Assembly (NCBI GenBank): GCA_026129095.1 | Contig: JAHCIT010000009.1 | Coordinates: 62,001-126,000 of the forward strand | Direction of reading: 5' to 3' | Length of the DNA: 64,000 bases | Origin: Deltaproteobacteria bacterium | Lineage (GTDB): Bacteria > JAGRBM01 > JAHCIT01 | Part shown: piece after piece, positions 39,326 to 49,200 of the stretch | Numbering within the stretch: the first letter of the stretch is position 1 | Layout of the letters: the number at the start of each line of letters is the position of its first letter | Notes under the pieces: model-generated | Told to the model about the DNA's origin: nothing | The model's input: the letters and a program-made list of their open reading frames with translations, nothing else | Database searches by the model: none | Translations under genes and position numbers: made by a program

Positions 39326-39879
39326 TTACCTCAGCCAGCCGGGCGGAGCATTTTTCCGGCGAGCTTCTTCCCGGAGACCGGCGATCTTCTTCGGTATCTC
39401 GGCCTTTTCCTTCAGGAGTTCCTCTTTCTCCTTGCCCAGGTTGTATCCGAGCTGGATGGCGGCGGGACTGGCAAACTGCTCCGTCCCGATATCGCCCATA
39501 TCCTCGATCTCCTTGATCCGTGCATCGATCTGCGCCTCGCGGTCCCTGATCGCCTTCAGCCGTGACGCCCAGTATTCCGGCCCGTTTCCGTCGGAATCGA
39601 CATCAATGCCAACCCGTTTAGGCGTACCCTCGGCCGGCGGGACGTCGTCCGGCCCGGACGGGGCCTGCGGCGCAACCAGCGGCTGCTGGGCAGGTGTGCC
39701 GCGAATCTCCACCGCCTTGTCCCGGTACCGTTCGGGAATCTGCGTCCTCGATTCGACGACGTGGGTCCGGCCCTCGTCATCGGTGTAACGGTAAAGCGCC
39801 GCCCAGGCGGGCGATGCCAGGCAAAACCCGGACAATACGGCAATAAGGCTGATGCCAATCCTGCGTGTGCTGTTCATCA
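39326..39879 (-). CDS. DUF4124-domain exported protein (paralog of its neighbour)
   Basis: LYRYTDDEGRTHVVES..IPERYR; coiled coil; ends PGWLR. Start approximate. Confidence 0.8.
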
Positions 39880-40011
39880 TGCTCCAAATGTACGCCCTTT
39901 CAGCGGAGGCGGCAACCGCCAGCAACGATCCCAAATTGACAGTTCCGGTCCCTTTCGGTAGTGAATTTGCTGCTCAAAGCACAGGTGAGGCCCGGAAGAA
40001 GAGGTATTGGC

Positions 40012-40389
40012 ATGGCGCGCAAGGCCCTGGTCGTCGATGATGACGCTTCGATCCGGCTGCTCGTTTCGGTCACGCTCAAGTCGCTGGGATTCGAGTGCAT
40101 CGAAGGGGAGGACGGTCAGGAAGCGTTCCGGCTCGCCCTCAAGGAGTCACCCGACTTCATCGTGCTCGATCTGAGCATGCCCAATGTCAACGGATTCGAG
40201 GCATGCGAGCGGATCCGGGGACATGAAAAGACAAAATCAATCCCCGTCCTGATCCTTTCGGGCGAATCGACCCAGATCAACCGTGAGATCCTGGGCGGTG
40301 CACTCAAGGCCAACGGGTTCGTCGCCAAGCCGTTCGACCGGGCAAAACTGCTCGCCGCCGTGCGTGATATCTTTCCGGATCTCGCCTGA
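40012..40389 (+). CDS. Single-domain response regulator
   Basis: VVDDD, LDLSMP, KPF; GAGG RBS. Confidence 0.92.
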   Translation: MARKALVVDDDASIRLLVSVTLKSLGFECIEGEDGQEAFRLALKESPDFIVLDLSMPNVNGFEACERIRGHEKTKSIPVLILSGESTQINREILGGALKANGFVAKPFDRAKLLAAVRDIFPDLA

Positions 40390-40402
40390 TGCCGCCTGCT
40401 GT

Positions 40403-41803
40403 TCAGCGCCGGGATTCCAGAGCAGCCGGCAGTTTTGCGTAGATTCCGCCAAACCCGCCGTTCGACATGATGAGGACAACGTCCCCTTCCTTCGCCTCGC
40501 TGGCGACGGCGGCGACGATCGCGTCCACACTGGGGAAGGTCCGGGCACTGGCGCCCCTTGCCGCCAGATCGGCGACGAGCTGTTCCACCGAGAACCGCTC
40601 GCTTTCATCCACCTTGCCGGGGTTATCCACCGGCGCGACGATGATCTGATTGGCAAGCCGGAGCGCTTCCACATAGTCCTTCTGGAATACCTTCCGCCGC
40701 GAGGTGTTGGTGCGCGGCTCGAACACCGCCCACACCCGCTTCAGCGGATAGCGCATCCGGATGCAGAGGATCGTCTCCCGCACCGCCGTCGGGTGGTGCG
40801 CGAAGTCGTCGATCACCACAATACCGCCGATGTCGGCAATCACTTCCTGCCGCCGGCGGACACTTTCAAAACTCTCCAGCGCCTCGCGGAACTGCCTTGA
40901 AGTTACGCCGATCGAATCGGCCACGGCGGCGATGGACAGGATGTTTTTCAGATTATGGGTGCCGAAGAGCGGCGAGTTCACCTGGGCCCAGAGCTTTCCG
41001 TTCTGGTAGACCTCCATCCGGCAATGCACGGGGCTCGCTGATACGATCCGCCCCCACCACTCCTGCTTGTGATCGTCGGTAGAGTAGTAACGGACCCGGC
41101 CGGGGCATCCCGTCGCGAGTTCCCGCACGTTGGGATCGTCATGGTGGGCGACGAGGGTTCCGTCTTGCGGAACCAGCGACACGAACTTCCGGAAGGCCGC
41201 CTTGATGGCATCAATGTCCCTGAAGATGTCGGCGTGATCGAACTCGCACGAGGTAATCACCGCCGTCCGGGGCTGATAGTGCAGGAACTTGGACTCCTTG
41301 TCGAAGAACGCCGTGTCGTATTCGTCCCCCTCCACCACGAACCACGGTCCCTTTCCGGTCCGGTAGCTGGCGTTGAAATTCCTCAATACGCCACCCACGA
41401 GGAACGCCGGATCCAGACCGGCCGAAACCGTCAGCCAGGCGGCAAGCCCGCTTGTCGTCGTCTTGCCATGTGTCCCGGCAATCACGATCGAGTGGCGGCC
41501 CGTGATGAAGAACCGCCCCAGCGCCTGCGGCATCGAGCAGTATTCGATACCCGACTGGAGCAGGGCCTCGACTTCCGGGTTGGTTCGGGGAACAGCATTG
41601 CCAACGACCACCAGTTCGGGGCTCCACGACAGGTTCTCCGCCCGGTAACCCTGGAACACCGGTATCTGCTGCGCTTCGAGCTGGATGCTCATGGGCGGGT
41701 ACAGATTCTGGTCCGAGCCGCGCACGTCATGGCCCGTAGCCTTCAGCATGCCGGCAAGGGATCCCATCGCGGTGCCGCCAATCGCAATCAGGTGGATTTT
41801 CAC
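40403..41803 (-). CDS. mpl: Murein peptide ligase
   Basis: IAIGGTAMG, GTHGKTTT, EGDEYDTAFFDK, DDFAHHPTA, SNGGFGG. Confidence 0.93.
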   Translation of the reverse strand: MKIHLIAIGGTAMGSLAGMLKATGHDVRGSDQNLYPPMSIQLEAQQIPVFQGYRAENLSWSPELVVVGNAVPRTNPEVEALLQSGIEYCSMPQALGRFFITGRHSIVIAGTHGKTTTSGLAAWLTVSAGLDPAFLVGGVLRNFNASYRTGKGPWFVVEGDEYDTAFFDKESKFLHYQPRTAVITSCEFDHADIFRDIDAIKAAFRKFVSLVPQDGTLVAHHDDPNVRELATGCPGRVRYYSTDDHKQEWWGRIVSASPVHCRMEVYQNGKLWAQVNSPLFGTHNLKNILSIAAVADSIGVTSRQFREALESFESVRRRQEVIADIGGIVVIDDFAHHPTAVRETILCIRMRYPLKRVWAVFEPRTNTSRRKVFQKDYVEALRLANQIIVAPVDNPGKVDESERFSVEQLVADLAARGASARTFPSVDAIVAAVASEAKEGDVVLIMSNGGFGGIYAKLPAALESRR

Positions 41804-42915
41804 GGATACCTCCTGGGCCGGGGATCCGTATAGCCCAGAACTTCCATGATGGTGTCATGAATTTTCGCCCGGAACGGGCCGAACCGGGGATTGGACCGGG
41901 TTGGACACACCCGGTTGGAAAGGACCAGCGCGATCACGTCGCTGCGGCGGTCGTACCACAGCGAGGTTCCGGTAAATCCAAGATGCCCCACCGATTCGAG
42001 CGAAAAGTACCGCCCCGCGGTGGAACCAGTATCGGAAGGCGTGTCCCATCCCGCCGTCCAGGTGTTGCCGGTCGGATCGGGCGAAACCGCCCAGACGCTT
42101 TCCAGAAACTGTCGTGAAAAGAGGCGTCCGGTTCCCATCCAGCATCTGCGGAACTCCAGAACGAGGTTGGCCAGCTGGTCGATTGTTCCGAACAGGCCCG
42201 ACGAGCCACTCACTCCGCCCAGGAACCGCGTGTTCTCGTCCTCGACCACACCATAGAGAGGCCGGAGAAAGCCTTCCGGCACCGAAGTCGCCGCAATGCC
42301 GTTCGTCGCGGCCGGGCCGACTCCGTTCGGCCTGAACGAGGGGACATCGGCGCCCAGCGGCTCCGCAATCTCCGACTGGAAAAGCTCATCTAGTCCCTTC
42401 CTGCTTTCCGTTTCAAGCAAATGGCCGAGCACCAGATACCCGACATCCGAGTAGCAGACCACCCTGCCCGGCTCGTTTTCGAGCGGAGTGAACTTGGCAA
42501 GGTGATATGCGCCCTCCGGACCGTTGGCGTCCATCTGGTCCATCCGGATGATGGCCGGATAGCCGGACGTGTGCCGGAGCAGCTGTTCCAGCGTGATCGC
42601 GCCCTGCGGCTCGCCCTTCAGTTCGGGAAAAAAATCATCGAGACGGTCAGCGAGACCCCATTCGCCACTCTGTACGCGAAGCCAGACAAGCGGAGCCGTG
42701 CAAACCGCCTTGGTAAGGGAAGCGAGGTCATACAGCGTGCCCAGCGTGACTTTCCTGTCGCCCTGTTCGGACGAGAGGAAGCCCCTCGCCAGACTCACCC
42801 TGCATTCACCGCCCTGCCAGCACCCGGCAACGATCCCCGGAGCTGCCGCGCCGGAGACGACCTCCTCCAGCACCCGTTCCAGACGGCCCCAGTCGCTCAA
42901 CGCCCCCCTCCCCAC
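41800..42915 (-). CDS. Serine hydrolase (beta-lactamase/PBP fold)
   Basis: SxxK (LASLTK), YSD, GHLGFTGT. Confidence 0.88.
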   Translation of the reverse strand: MGRGALSDWGRLERVLEEVVSGAAAPGIVAGCWQGGECRVSLARGFLSSEQGDRKVTLGTLYDLASLTKAVCTAPLVWLRVQSGEWGLADRLDDFFPELKGEPQGAITLEQLLRHTSGYPAIIRMDQMDANGPEGAYHLAKFTPLENEPGRVVCYSDVGYLVLGHLLETESRKGLDELFQSEIAEPLGADVPSFRPNGVGPAATNGIAATSVPEGFLRPLYGVVEDENTRFLGGVSGSSGLFGTIDQLANLVLEFRRCWMGTGRLFSRQFLESVWAVSPDPTGNTWTAGWDTPSDTGSTAGRYFSLESVGHLGFTGTSLWYDRRSDVIALVLSNRVCPTRSNPRFGPFRAKIHDTIMEVLGYTDPRPRRYP

Positions 42916-43829
42916 GGCGGACGAACGAGTTGCAGGCGTCCATCCCCCACAGCCACCTCTGCGCCCAGGGGAAGCGCGAGGTTGCGCCGCCCGTGCCCGG
43001 CAGCAAAGCCCGTCCAGACCGGCACTCCCAGTTCAGCACCGGCGGACTTCATCAGTTCCTCGACCGACTGGCGGTACCGTCTTGCACCTGCCGGTGGGCT
43101 GAAGTCGCCCAGCACAAGCGCCCGCACCCCCCGGAAAGCACCGCTCAGGCGAAGCTGGGTGAGAAACGCATCAAGCCGGTAGGCCTGCTCATTCACGTCT
43201 TCAAGAAAGACAATGCCGCCCAGCCGCGGAGGACAGCCGGTTCCACAAAGGGAGGCCAGCACGGCCAGGTTTCCTCCCGTGAGCCTGCCTTGCACCGGTT
43301 TCCCTGTTCTCCCGCCGGGACCGTAAAGAAGCTTCACCCGGCCAAGCGATGCGCCGGGCTCCAGCTTCCCGAACAGCAGTTTTTCATACTGCCGCCGCGT
43401 GGCCGGATGGACCGGCTTTCCGAACTGGGCCGGATGGGGCCCATGCAGGGACCATGCGGTTCCGGCACCTGCCAGTACCTGATGAATCACCGTGTTGTCC
43501 GAAAAACCCACGAACAGCTTGGCCTGACCGCCGAGCCGACTCTGGAGCAGCGGCGCGATCCGGGCGCAGCCGAATCCGCCACGCACGGCAAACAGCGCCT
43601 TGATCCCCGGATCCCGCCAGTATCCGAGGAACTCGTCCGCCCGAAGCGTGTCTGAACCTGAAAGATAGCGGTCCGGTTTTCTCGGAAGCCGGGTCGTCAC
43701 CTTGAGTCCGAGACTTTCCAGATACCTGATTTCAGCGGCAAGTCTCGCCGCCTTGACGAACCCGGCGGGCGCAACGAGCGCGACGCGGTCGCCCGGCGAA
43801 AGCGGAACCGGCACATGTTTTCGGTTCAA
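42897..43829 (-). CDS. ldcA: LD-carboxypeptidase (S66)
   Basis: RGGFG, GFSD, GGNL, LEDV and GHG triad motifs; start uncertain. Confidence 0.88.
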   Translation of the reverse strand: MNRKHVPVPLSPGDRVALVAPAGFVKAARLAAEIRYLESLGLKVTTRLPRKPDRYLSGSDTLRADEFLGYWRDPGIKALFAVRGGFGCARIAPLLQSRLGGQAKLFVGFSDNTVIHQVLAGAGTAWSLHGPHPAQFGKPVHPATRRQYEKLLFGKLEPGASLGRVKLLYGPGGRTGKPVQGRLTGGNLAVLASLCGTGCPPRLGGIVFLEDVNEQAYRLDAFLTQLRLSGAFRGVRALVLGDFSPPAGARRYRQSVEELMKSAGAELGVPVWTGFAAGHGRRNLALPLGAEVAVGDGRLQLVRPPWGGGR

Positions 43830-44003
43830 ATCCCTGACACCCCTGCCGTGGGCCCGGCCGGCCTGATATCCTGTCGCACGAACAGTCCTGATCGTATAAA
43901 ATCCTTTCGATGTCCACAACCCGTGTACGCCGGGAAATCTTTCCGGCCTCCCCAGGCCGGATGGCGGGACTGCCTGCCGCCAGTTTCCGGCTGGAGCCCT
44001 GCC

Positions 44004-44519
44004 GTGCCTGAAATAACTGACCGGCGGTACATGAGGATGAAGGTGCTGCGCCCGCTATCCTTCACCTATGAGGACGAAACCTATGAAGCCGAGCTACGGG
44101 ATATCTCACTCTGCGGCGCACTCGTCATTTCCGACGTGCCGGTGGAGACTGGCCGCCGTGTCCAGCTGGAAATAACGCTGCCGGAAACCGCCGAACCGGT
44201 CCGGGTGAACGGCAAGATCGTCCGCCTTCTCTCCCTTTCCGCCGGACTCGGCAACGGATTCGGGGTGGATTTCACGGTTGTTTCGCTTTCCAACCGTGAA
44301 ATCATCGATGGATACGTCCGGTCCACATTCCGGCACTTCCGCAGACTCCAGTTCGAACTGAGCAAGTTCGATGTAGACTGGGACACGGTCAACAGGCTGA
44401 TTCCCCACACATACCTGCCGGTACGGAACTATTCGGCGGAAACCCTGAGGAGCCTGGTGACAATCGAACTGGAGAGTTTCCGTCTGCGAAAAGTGGTTTC
44501 CGCCAGCGCGAACGGTTAA
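44004..44519 (+). CDS. PilZ-domain (c-di-GMP receptor) protein
   Basis: RxxxR (RRYMR) and DxSxxG (DISLCG); GTG start with GGAG RBS. Confidence 0.85.
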   Translation: MPEITDRRYMRMKVLRPLSFTYEDETYEAELRDISLCGALVISDVPVETGRRVQLEITLPETAEPVRVNGKIVRLLSLSAGLGNGFGVDFTVVSLSNREIIDGYVRSTFRHFRRLQFELSKFDVDWDTVNRLIPHTYLPVRNYSAETLRSLVTIELESFRLRKVVSASANG

Positions 44520-44531
44520 TAGGCGCGGGCG

Positions 44532-45119
44532 ATGAGTGCCAGAAAAGTGCCCAAGAAAATTGTCCTGACCGGAGGCCCCTGCGCCGGCAAGACGACCATC
44601 GCCGAAGTCCTCTCGCGGGCCTATGCCGGCGACATTGTGGTTGTGCCGGAGGCCGCCTCGACCCTGTTCAACGGCGGATTTCCCCGGTGGCCGGAACGCG
44701 AATCGCGGGCGGCGCTTCAGCGAAGCGTGTACCGGGTCCAGAACGAACTGGAAGTGGTCTATCGGGCCCACCATCCAAACCAGCTTCTGGTCCTGGATCG
44801 CGGAACCGTTGACGGCGCGGCCTACTGGCCCGATGGACCCGACGCCTTTTTCCAGACCATGCAGACCTCCCTTGAAGCTGAACTTGGCCGCTATCACCAG
44901 GTCATCTATCTGGAGAGCGCCGGAGAAGAAGCCTACCTGATTCACGGCAAGCGCAATCCAAACCGAACAGAAACCTGGGCAGAAGCCCGGCATCTTGACG
45001 AACTGACGCGAGCCCTGTGGGAGAAGCACCCGGCGATGACCGTCATCCCCAACCAGCGCGCCTTCAGCGAGAAAATCTCGGCGGTGTTACGGATCGTCGA
45101 GCAGGCGATGACGGCCTAG
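44532..45119 (+). CDS. P-loop NTPase (AAA_28/NadR-like)
   Basis: GGPCAGKTT, VPEAA, LDRG. Confidence 0.8.
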   Translation: MSARKVPKKIVLTGGPCAGKTTIAEVLSRAYAGDIVVVPEAASTLFNGGFPRWPERESRAALQRSVYRVQNELEVVYRAHHPNQLLVLDRGTVDGAAYWPDGPDAFFQTMQTSLEAELGRYHQVIYLESAGEEAYLIHGKRNPNRTETWAEARHLDELTRALWEKHPAMTVIPNQRAFSEKISAVLRIVEQAMTA

Positions 45120-46123
45120 CCGCTCCGGCCGGTGGCGCCGCCAATGAGCGTGCGCCGAAGCCCGTACCACAGCTCCCTGAAACGGTCCTGCGGGCGGTCC
45201 AGAAGCAGAATGGGAAAGAGGCTGCGCGGTCCGAAGCCAAGCGGCGCACGGCCCATGGTGCAGCGCCGAAGCAGCCGGTCATCACCGGCAACACTGCCGT
45301 GTTCCAGTTCTCCCAATGGCGTCCCCAGCAGGCTCGCCGCTGCCCCGAGCGCCAGCATGACAAGCCGCTTCTCACCGCTCTTGCCGGCAAGCACCTCAAA
45401 TGCGGCAGCGCTAATCTCTGTCTCCGGATGGCGCAGAAACCGGTCCAGGTCGTACAGGAACAGCAGGCGTTCACTGAAACCGTGCCAGGCGGCGTTCCTC
45501 GCCAGCCAGTAGAGCGCCGCCTCCGGCGTAAGCACAGGCCGTCCTGCATCCTTCGTCACAACAAAATCCGCAAACCGGAGCGGGCTCCCGGCGAATGGCC
45601 GGTCGTGAAGCTCCACGACCGTGCGGAAATCCCCATCAGTACGGACAAACCGCCACGGCCCCTCCTGTTCCCGGTCGAGCCGGTCAGCCCTGGTGTCCAT
45701 CAGTTCATAACCGGACTGCCGGATTAGCAGCGCCATGTCGGCCCGGAAATCCGTGGGTACAATCAGGTCAATATCGCTCATGGGCCGCATCGCCGGGTCG
45801 ATGCCCAGACGCTCAATCAGATCGGTCCCCTTGAGCGGTACGACGGGAATCCGGCTGCTCACGGCAGTCTCCAGCAGCTCACAGGCGACGTCGAGCTGAA
45901 GCACGGTTCTTGCCCGGATCGACCGGAGCAGCGGCGAGGAGGGGTCAACCCGTTCCATAACAGGCCCGGCAAGGCCGTGACCTGTAGCAGACTGAAACAG
46001 GGACGGACGGGGAGGAACCGGGAAAAGCACCCCCCGCAGGATCTTCACCAGCAGATTAAAATCGCCCGGCTCAGACTGGAACGCAACCGCGCCCTGTGAA
46101 GCAAAATTGTCTTTGTTTTCCAT
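45116..46123 (-). CDS. Nucleotidyltransferase family protein (NTP_transf_5-like)
   Basis: LKG, RPMSDIDLIV, VELH, LYDL. Confidence 0.8.
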   Translation of the reverse strand: MENKDNFASQGAVAFQSEPGDFNLLVKILRGVLFPVPPRPSLFQSATGHGLAGPVMERVDPSSPLLRSIRARTVLQLDVACELLETAVSSRIPVVPLKGTDLIERLGIDPAMRPMSDIDLIVPTDFRADMALLIRQSGYELMDTRADRLDREQEGPWRFVRTDGDFRTVVELHDRPFAGSPLRFADFVVTKDAGRPVLTPEAALYWLARNAAWHGFSERLLFLYDLDRFLRHPETEISAAAFEVLAGKSGEKRLVMLALGAAASLLGTPLGELEHGSVAGDDRLLRRCTMGRAPLGFGPRSLFPILLLDRPQDRFRELWYGLRRTLIGGATGRSG

Positions 46124-46241
46124 AGGTTACTGTGAGCCTAATCATGGCATTCAGCACCACTTCAGCCTACAATATCACAAGCTGACCCGAGGGCTGGCCT
46201 GTGCAATTTTGTGCGGCCACCGATAGCGCACAACGAGCCGG

Positions 46242-49200
46242 ATGCAGAGCAGACTGAACCATACGAAATGCAAACCCAAGCAGCAGAGGCGGCGGCCGTT
46301 TCTGGCCGCGCTCGTGCTGGCCGCTGCCATGGTCGCCATTGAAAAGCCGGCGGACGCATTCATCACCGGATTCGACACCACGCTGGTTCCGCCTGCACCG
46401 AACAACTCGCTGGTGCTCGAGGTGCCGGCGGGTCAGCGTGGCACGGTCAGCGCGCTGGTATTTCCCTACAGCGGCGGCACCCCGGCGGCGGCTAACGACC
46501 ATTTCGGCAATAACCAGGACGGCGGGTTCGCCTGGAACGTGGATGACTGTGCCGGAGCAAAGTACGCCGTCAGGTGGGATCCGGCTGGCGGAGGCGGCGC
46601 CGGGGGCGTCCGCCACTACGGCCTCACCAGTTGCAACGGAAACACGGGGAGATCCGGGCTGTTCAACGAGGTCTCCCGAACCCAGACCAACTTCAACGTC
46701 ACCCCGTTCGGCGACCTGGAAGCCGTGATCCGGATGGAAACCTTCCAGAATGGCGCAGGAGGCGGACAGAACCGCCAGATGCGCGTCGTCCAGAAGACGG
46801 TCATCCGCAACAACAACCAGTGGTTCGGCCAGAGCTACCGGTTCACCAATGAAAGCGGTGTCAACTACAGCGACGGCGGCGGCGGACTGTGGTTCTTCAG
46901 CGGTGTGGACTGGAACTTCTGCCAGAACTTCAACAACGACGATTCAATCTATGACGCCGCCAGCGACACGATCATCGGCAACAAGCAAACAGCCTCCGTG
47001 CCGGCTACCTGCGGAGCCGGAAACTTCGTTGCCGGGGGATTTACCGCTCGCTGCACAGCGGGCGGATGCGCGCCGACCTGGACTTCCGACGTGCGCCGCT
47101 GCGCCGCCTACAACACGATCTGGAGCGACATGAACAGCAATGCCGGGACCGGCGGATGCCCGTACGGCGGTGACGCGGGAACTTACCTGCGCTGGAACCT
47201 GGGCGCCCTCAATGCCGGTGCGACCACAATTCTTCCGATCATCTGGTCATACCAGCAGAGCAGTTCCGTCGCCAATGCCCGCACGGCGGTCATCAATAGC
47301 ATCCAGACCGGCATGCCCCAGCGGTACAACGCCTCCGCCATTGACATCACCTTCTCTCCGGAAACCAGCGGCGACCGGTACAACTCCCTCCTGACCGCGA
47401 ACCTGACCATCGGCGGGAACGTGGGCCTCCGGGGCTGGGTAGACGTAACGGTTCCGTCAAACCTTTCCATCACCGGACCGGCTGGATGTCTTGTTGGAAG
47501 CCAGGCCATGACGGCCGTTGATCTGGCCGTTCCCAGCCCCGAGTCGGCCAGCGTCGGAACCTATAACCGCTCGCTGGCGAGCTGCGCCGCCGGTGTCCAT
47601 ACCGTCAATCTCTGCTCGAACCTCACCGATGATTCGACGCCCGGTGACGATTGCGTCTCCCGGACCTTCACCATTTCGACGTTCCTGATCGAGCCGGACG
47701 GCAACACGACCGCCGCACCGGGCGATACAGTCAACTACCCGGTCAGCACCTACAAGGACTCCACCGGCACGCAAACCTACGATTTCACGGTCAGCGCGTC
47801 CTCGCAGGGATGGACCACACAGCTCTGGTACATCGGCCCGGTAATCGGGGCGTGCGGCGCGCCGCCCTGCCTGATGGCCGAGGACACCGACGGGAACGGC
47901 ACCTGGGATACCGTCACCGCCGCCTTTGACACGAACAGCAACGGCAACCCCGATTTCGGCGTCTCCAACGGAATCAACAACGGCGCGGGCGCCGGTTCCC
48001 CGCGCCTGCAGATCCGCAAGCTCATACCAGTTACGGAAGGGTCTGGAATCACCGACGAAACCGTGTTGACGGGAACTGAGGGAGCCAATACCGACACGCT
48101 GACCGTGACGACCTCCACGACGGCGCCCACGCCCGTCACCAAGACGCTTCATCTGCACCCGGCCAACCAGATGAACACGTTCCCGGACACGCAGGTCGCG
48201 GCCAGCAACACCGCTGTCGCCCCGGCCTCGACCATTTTCTGGCAGCAGACAACCGCCTTCGCCACCGGGTTCAACATTCTGGGCGCGGGAAACATTGTCG
48301 GGCAGATGTACGTCGGGACCGCCGGTGCGAACCGGAGTGTCACCTTTACCCTGCTCACGACCGGCCCCAGCGGCTGCCCGGCGAACCTGGGAGCGGTCAC
48401 CCAGAACATCAATCAGCCGGCGGCCAACCCTGCGCTCACGACCGTCAATTTCGCCAGCATTCCCACCCTGGAGGTTCCCGCAGGCTGCCGCGTGGTGCTG
48501 GCCATCACCAACAACACGGTCACGGCCGGCAACCTCACGGTCTATCACGACAACCAGGGGACCGGGCACCGCAGCCGCATCAACTTCACAACGACGAGCT
48601 TCGTGCGCGTGGCGGACATGGACCTTTATTCCGGCGCCTGCCCGGGCACGACGCCCGTCCTGTCGATCGCCCCCACCGGCGCGCCGGGGCCCGACGGCAT
48701 CACTGCCTGCCTGCGGGCGGTCATCAGCGATCCGTTCGGCGCGGGCGACATCGGTGCGCCCCCGCCCACACCCGTCAACTTTGCCAAGATTTCGGTCACC
48801 GACCCGTTCGGCAGCTACATGTGCTACCAGGGCGTCGGCAATCCCTCCACCAACTGCAACCGCATCAACAACCTGGAGATGAACTTCCTGTCGGCGACAG
48901 CCTCCAGCAACACGTACACGTTCGGTATTCCGATACCGTCCAAGCATCCGACCTCCGGCGACCAGCAGGCCCAGGCCCAGACCGGGACCTATGAAGTCAC
49001 GGTCACCGGCTACGAATCCAATGGCGTCACCTATACCCGGTCTTTCACCTTCTTCGTGACCGCCGCACTGGCCGCCAAACTGCTGTCCTTCGAGGGCAGC
49101 GGCTATGAAAACCGAAACGACATTCGCTGGCTCACCGGGCAGGAGATCGACACGCTCGGCTACAACATCTACCGGAGTGACCTGCCGGACCGGGGCTTCG

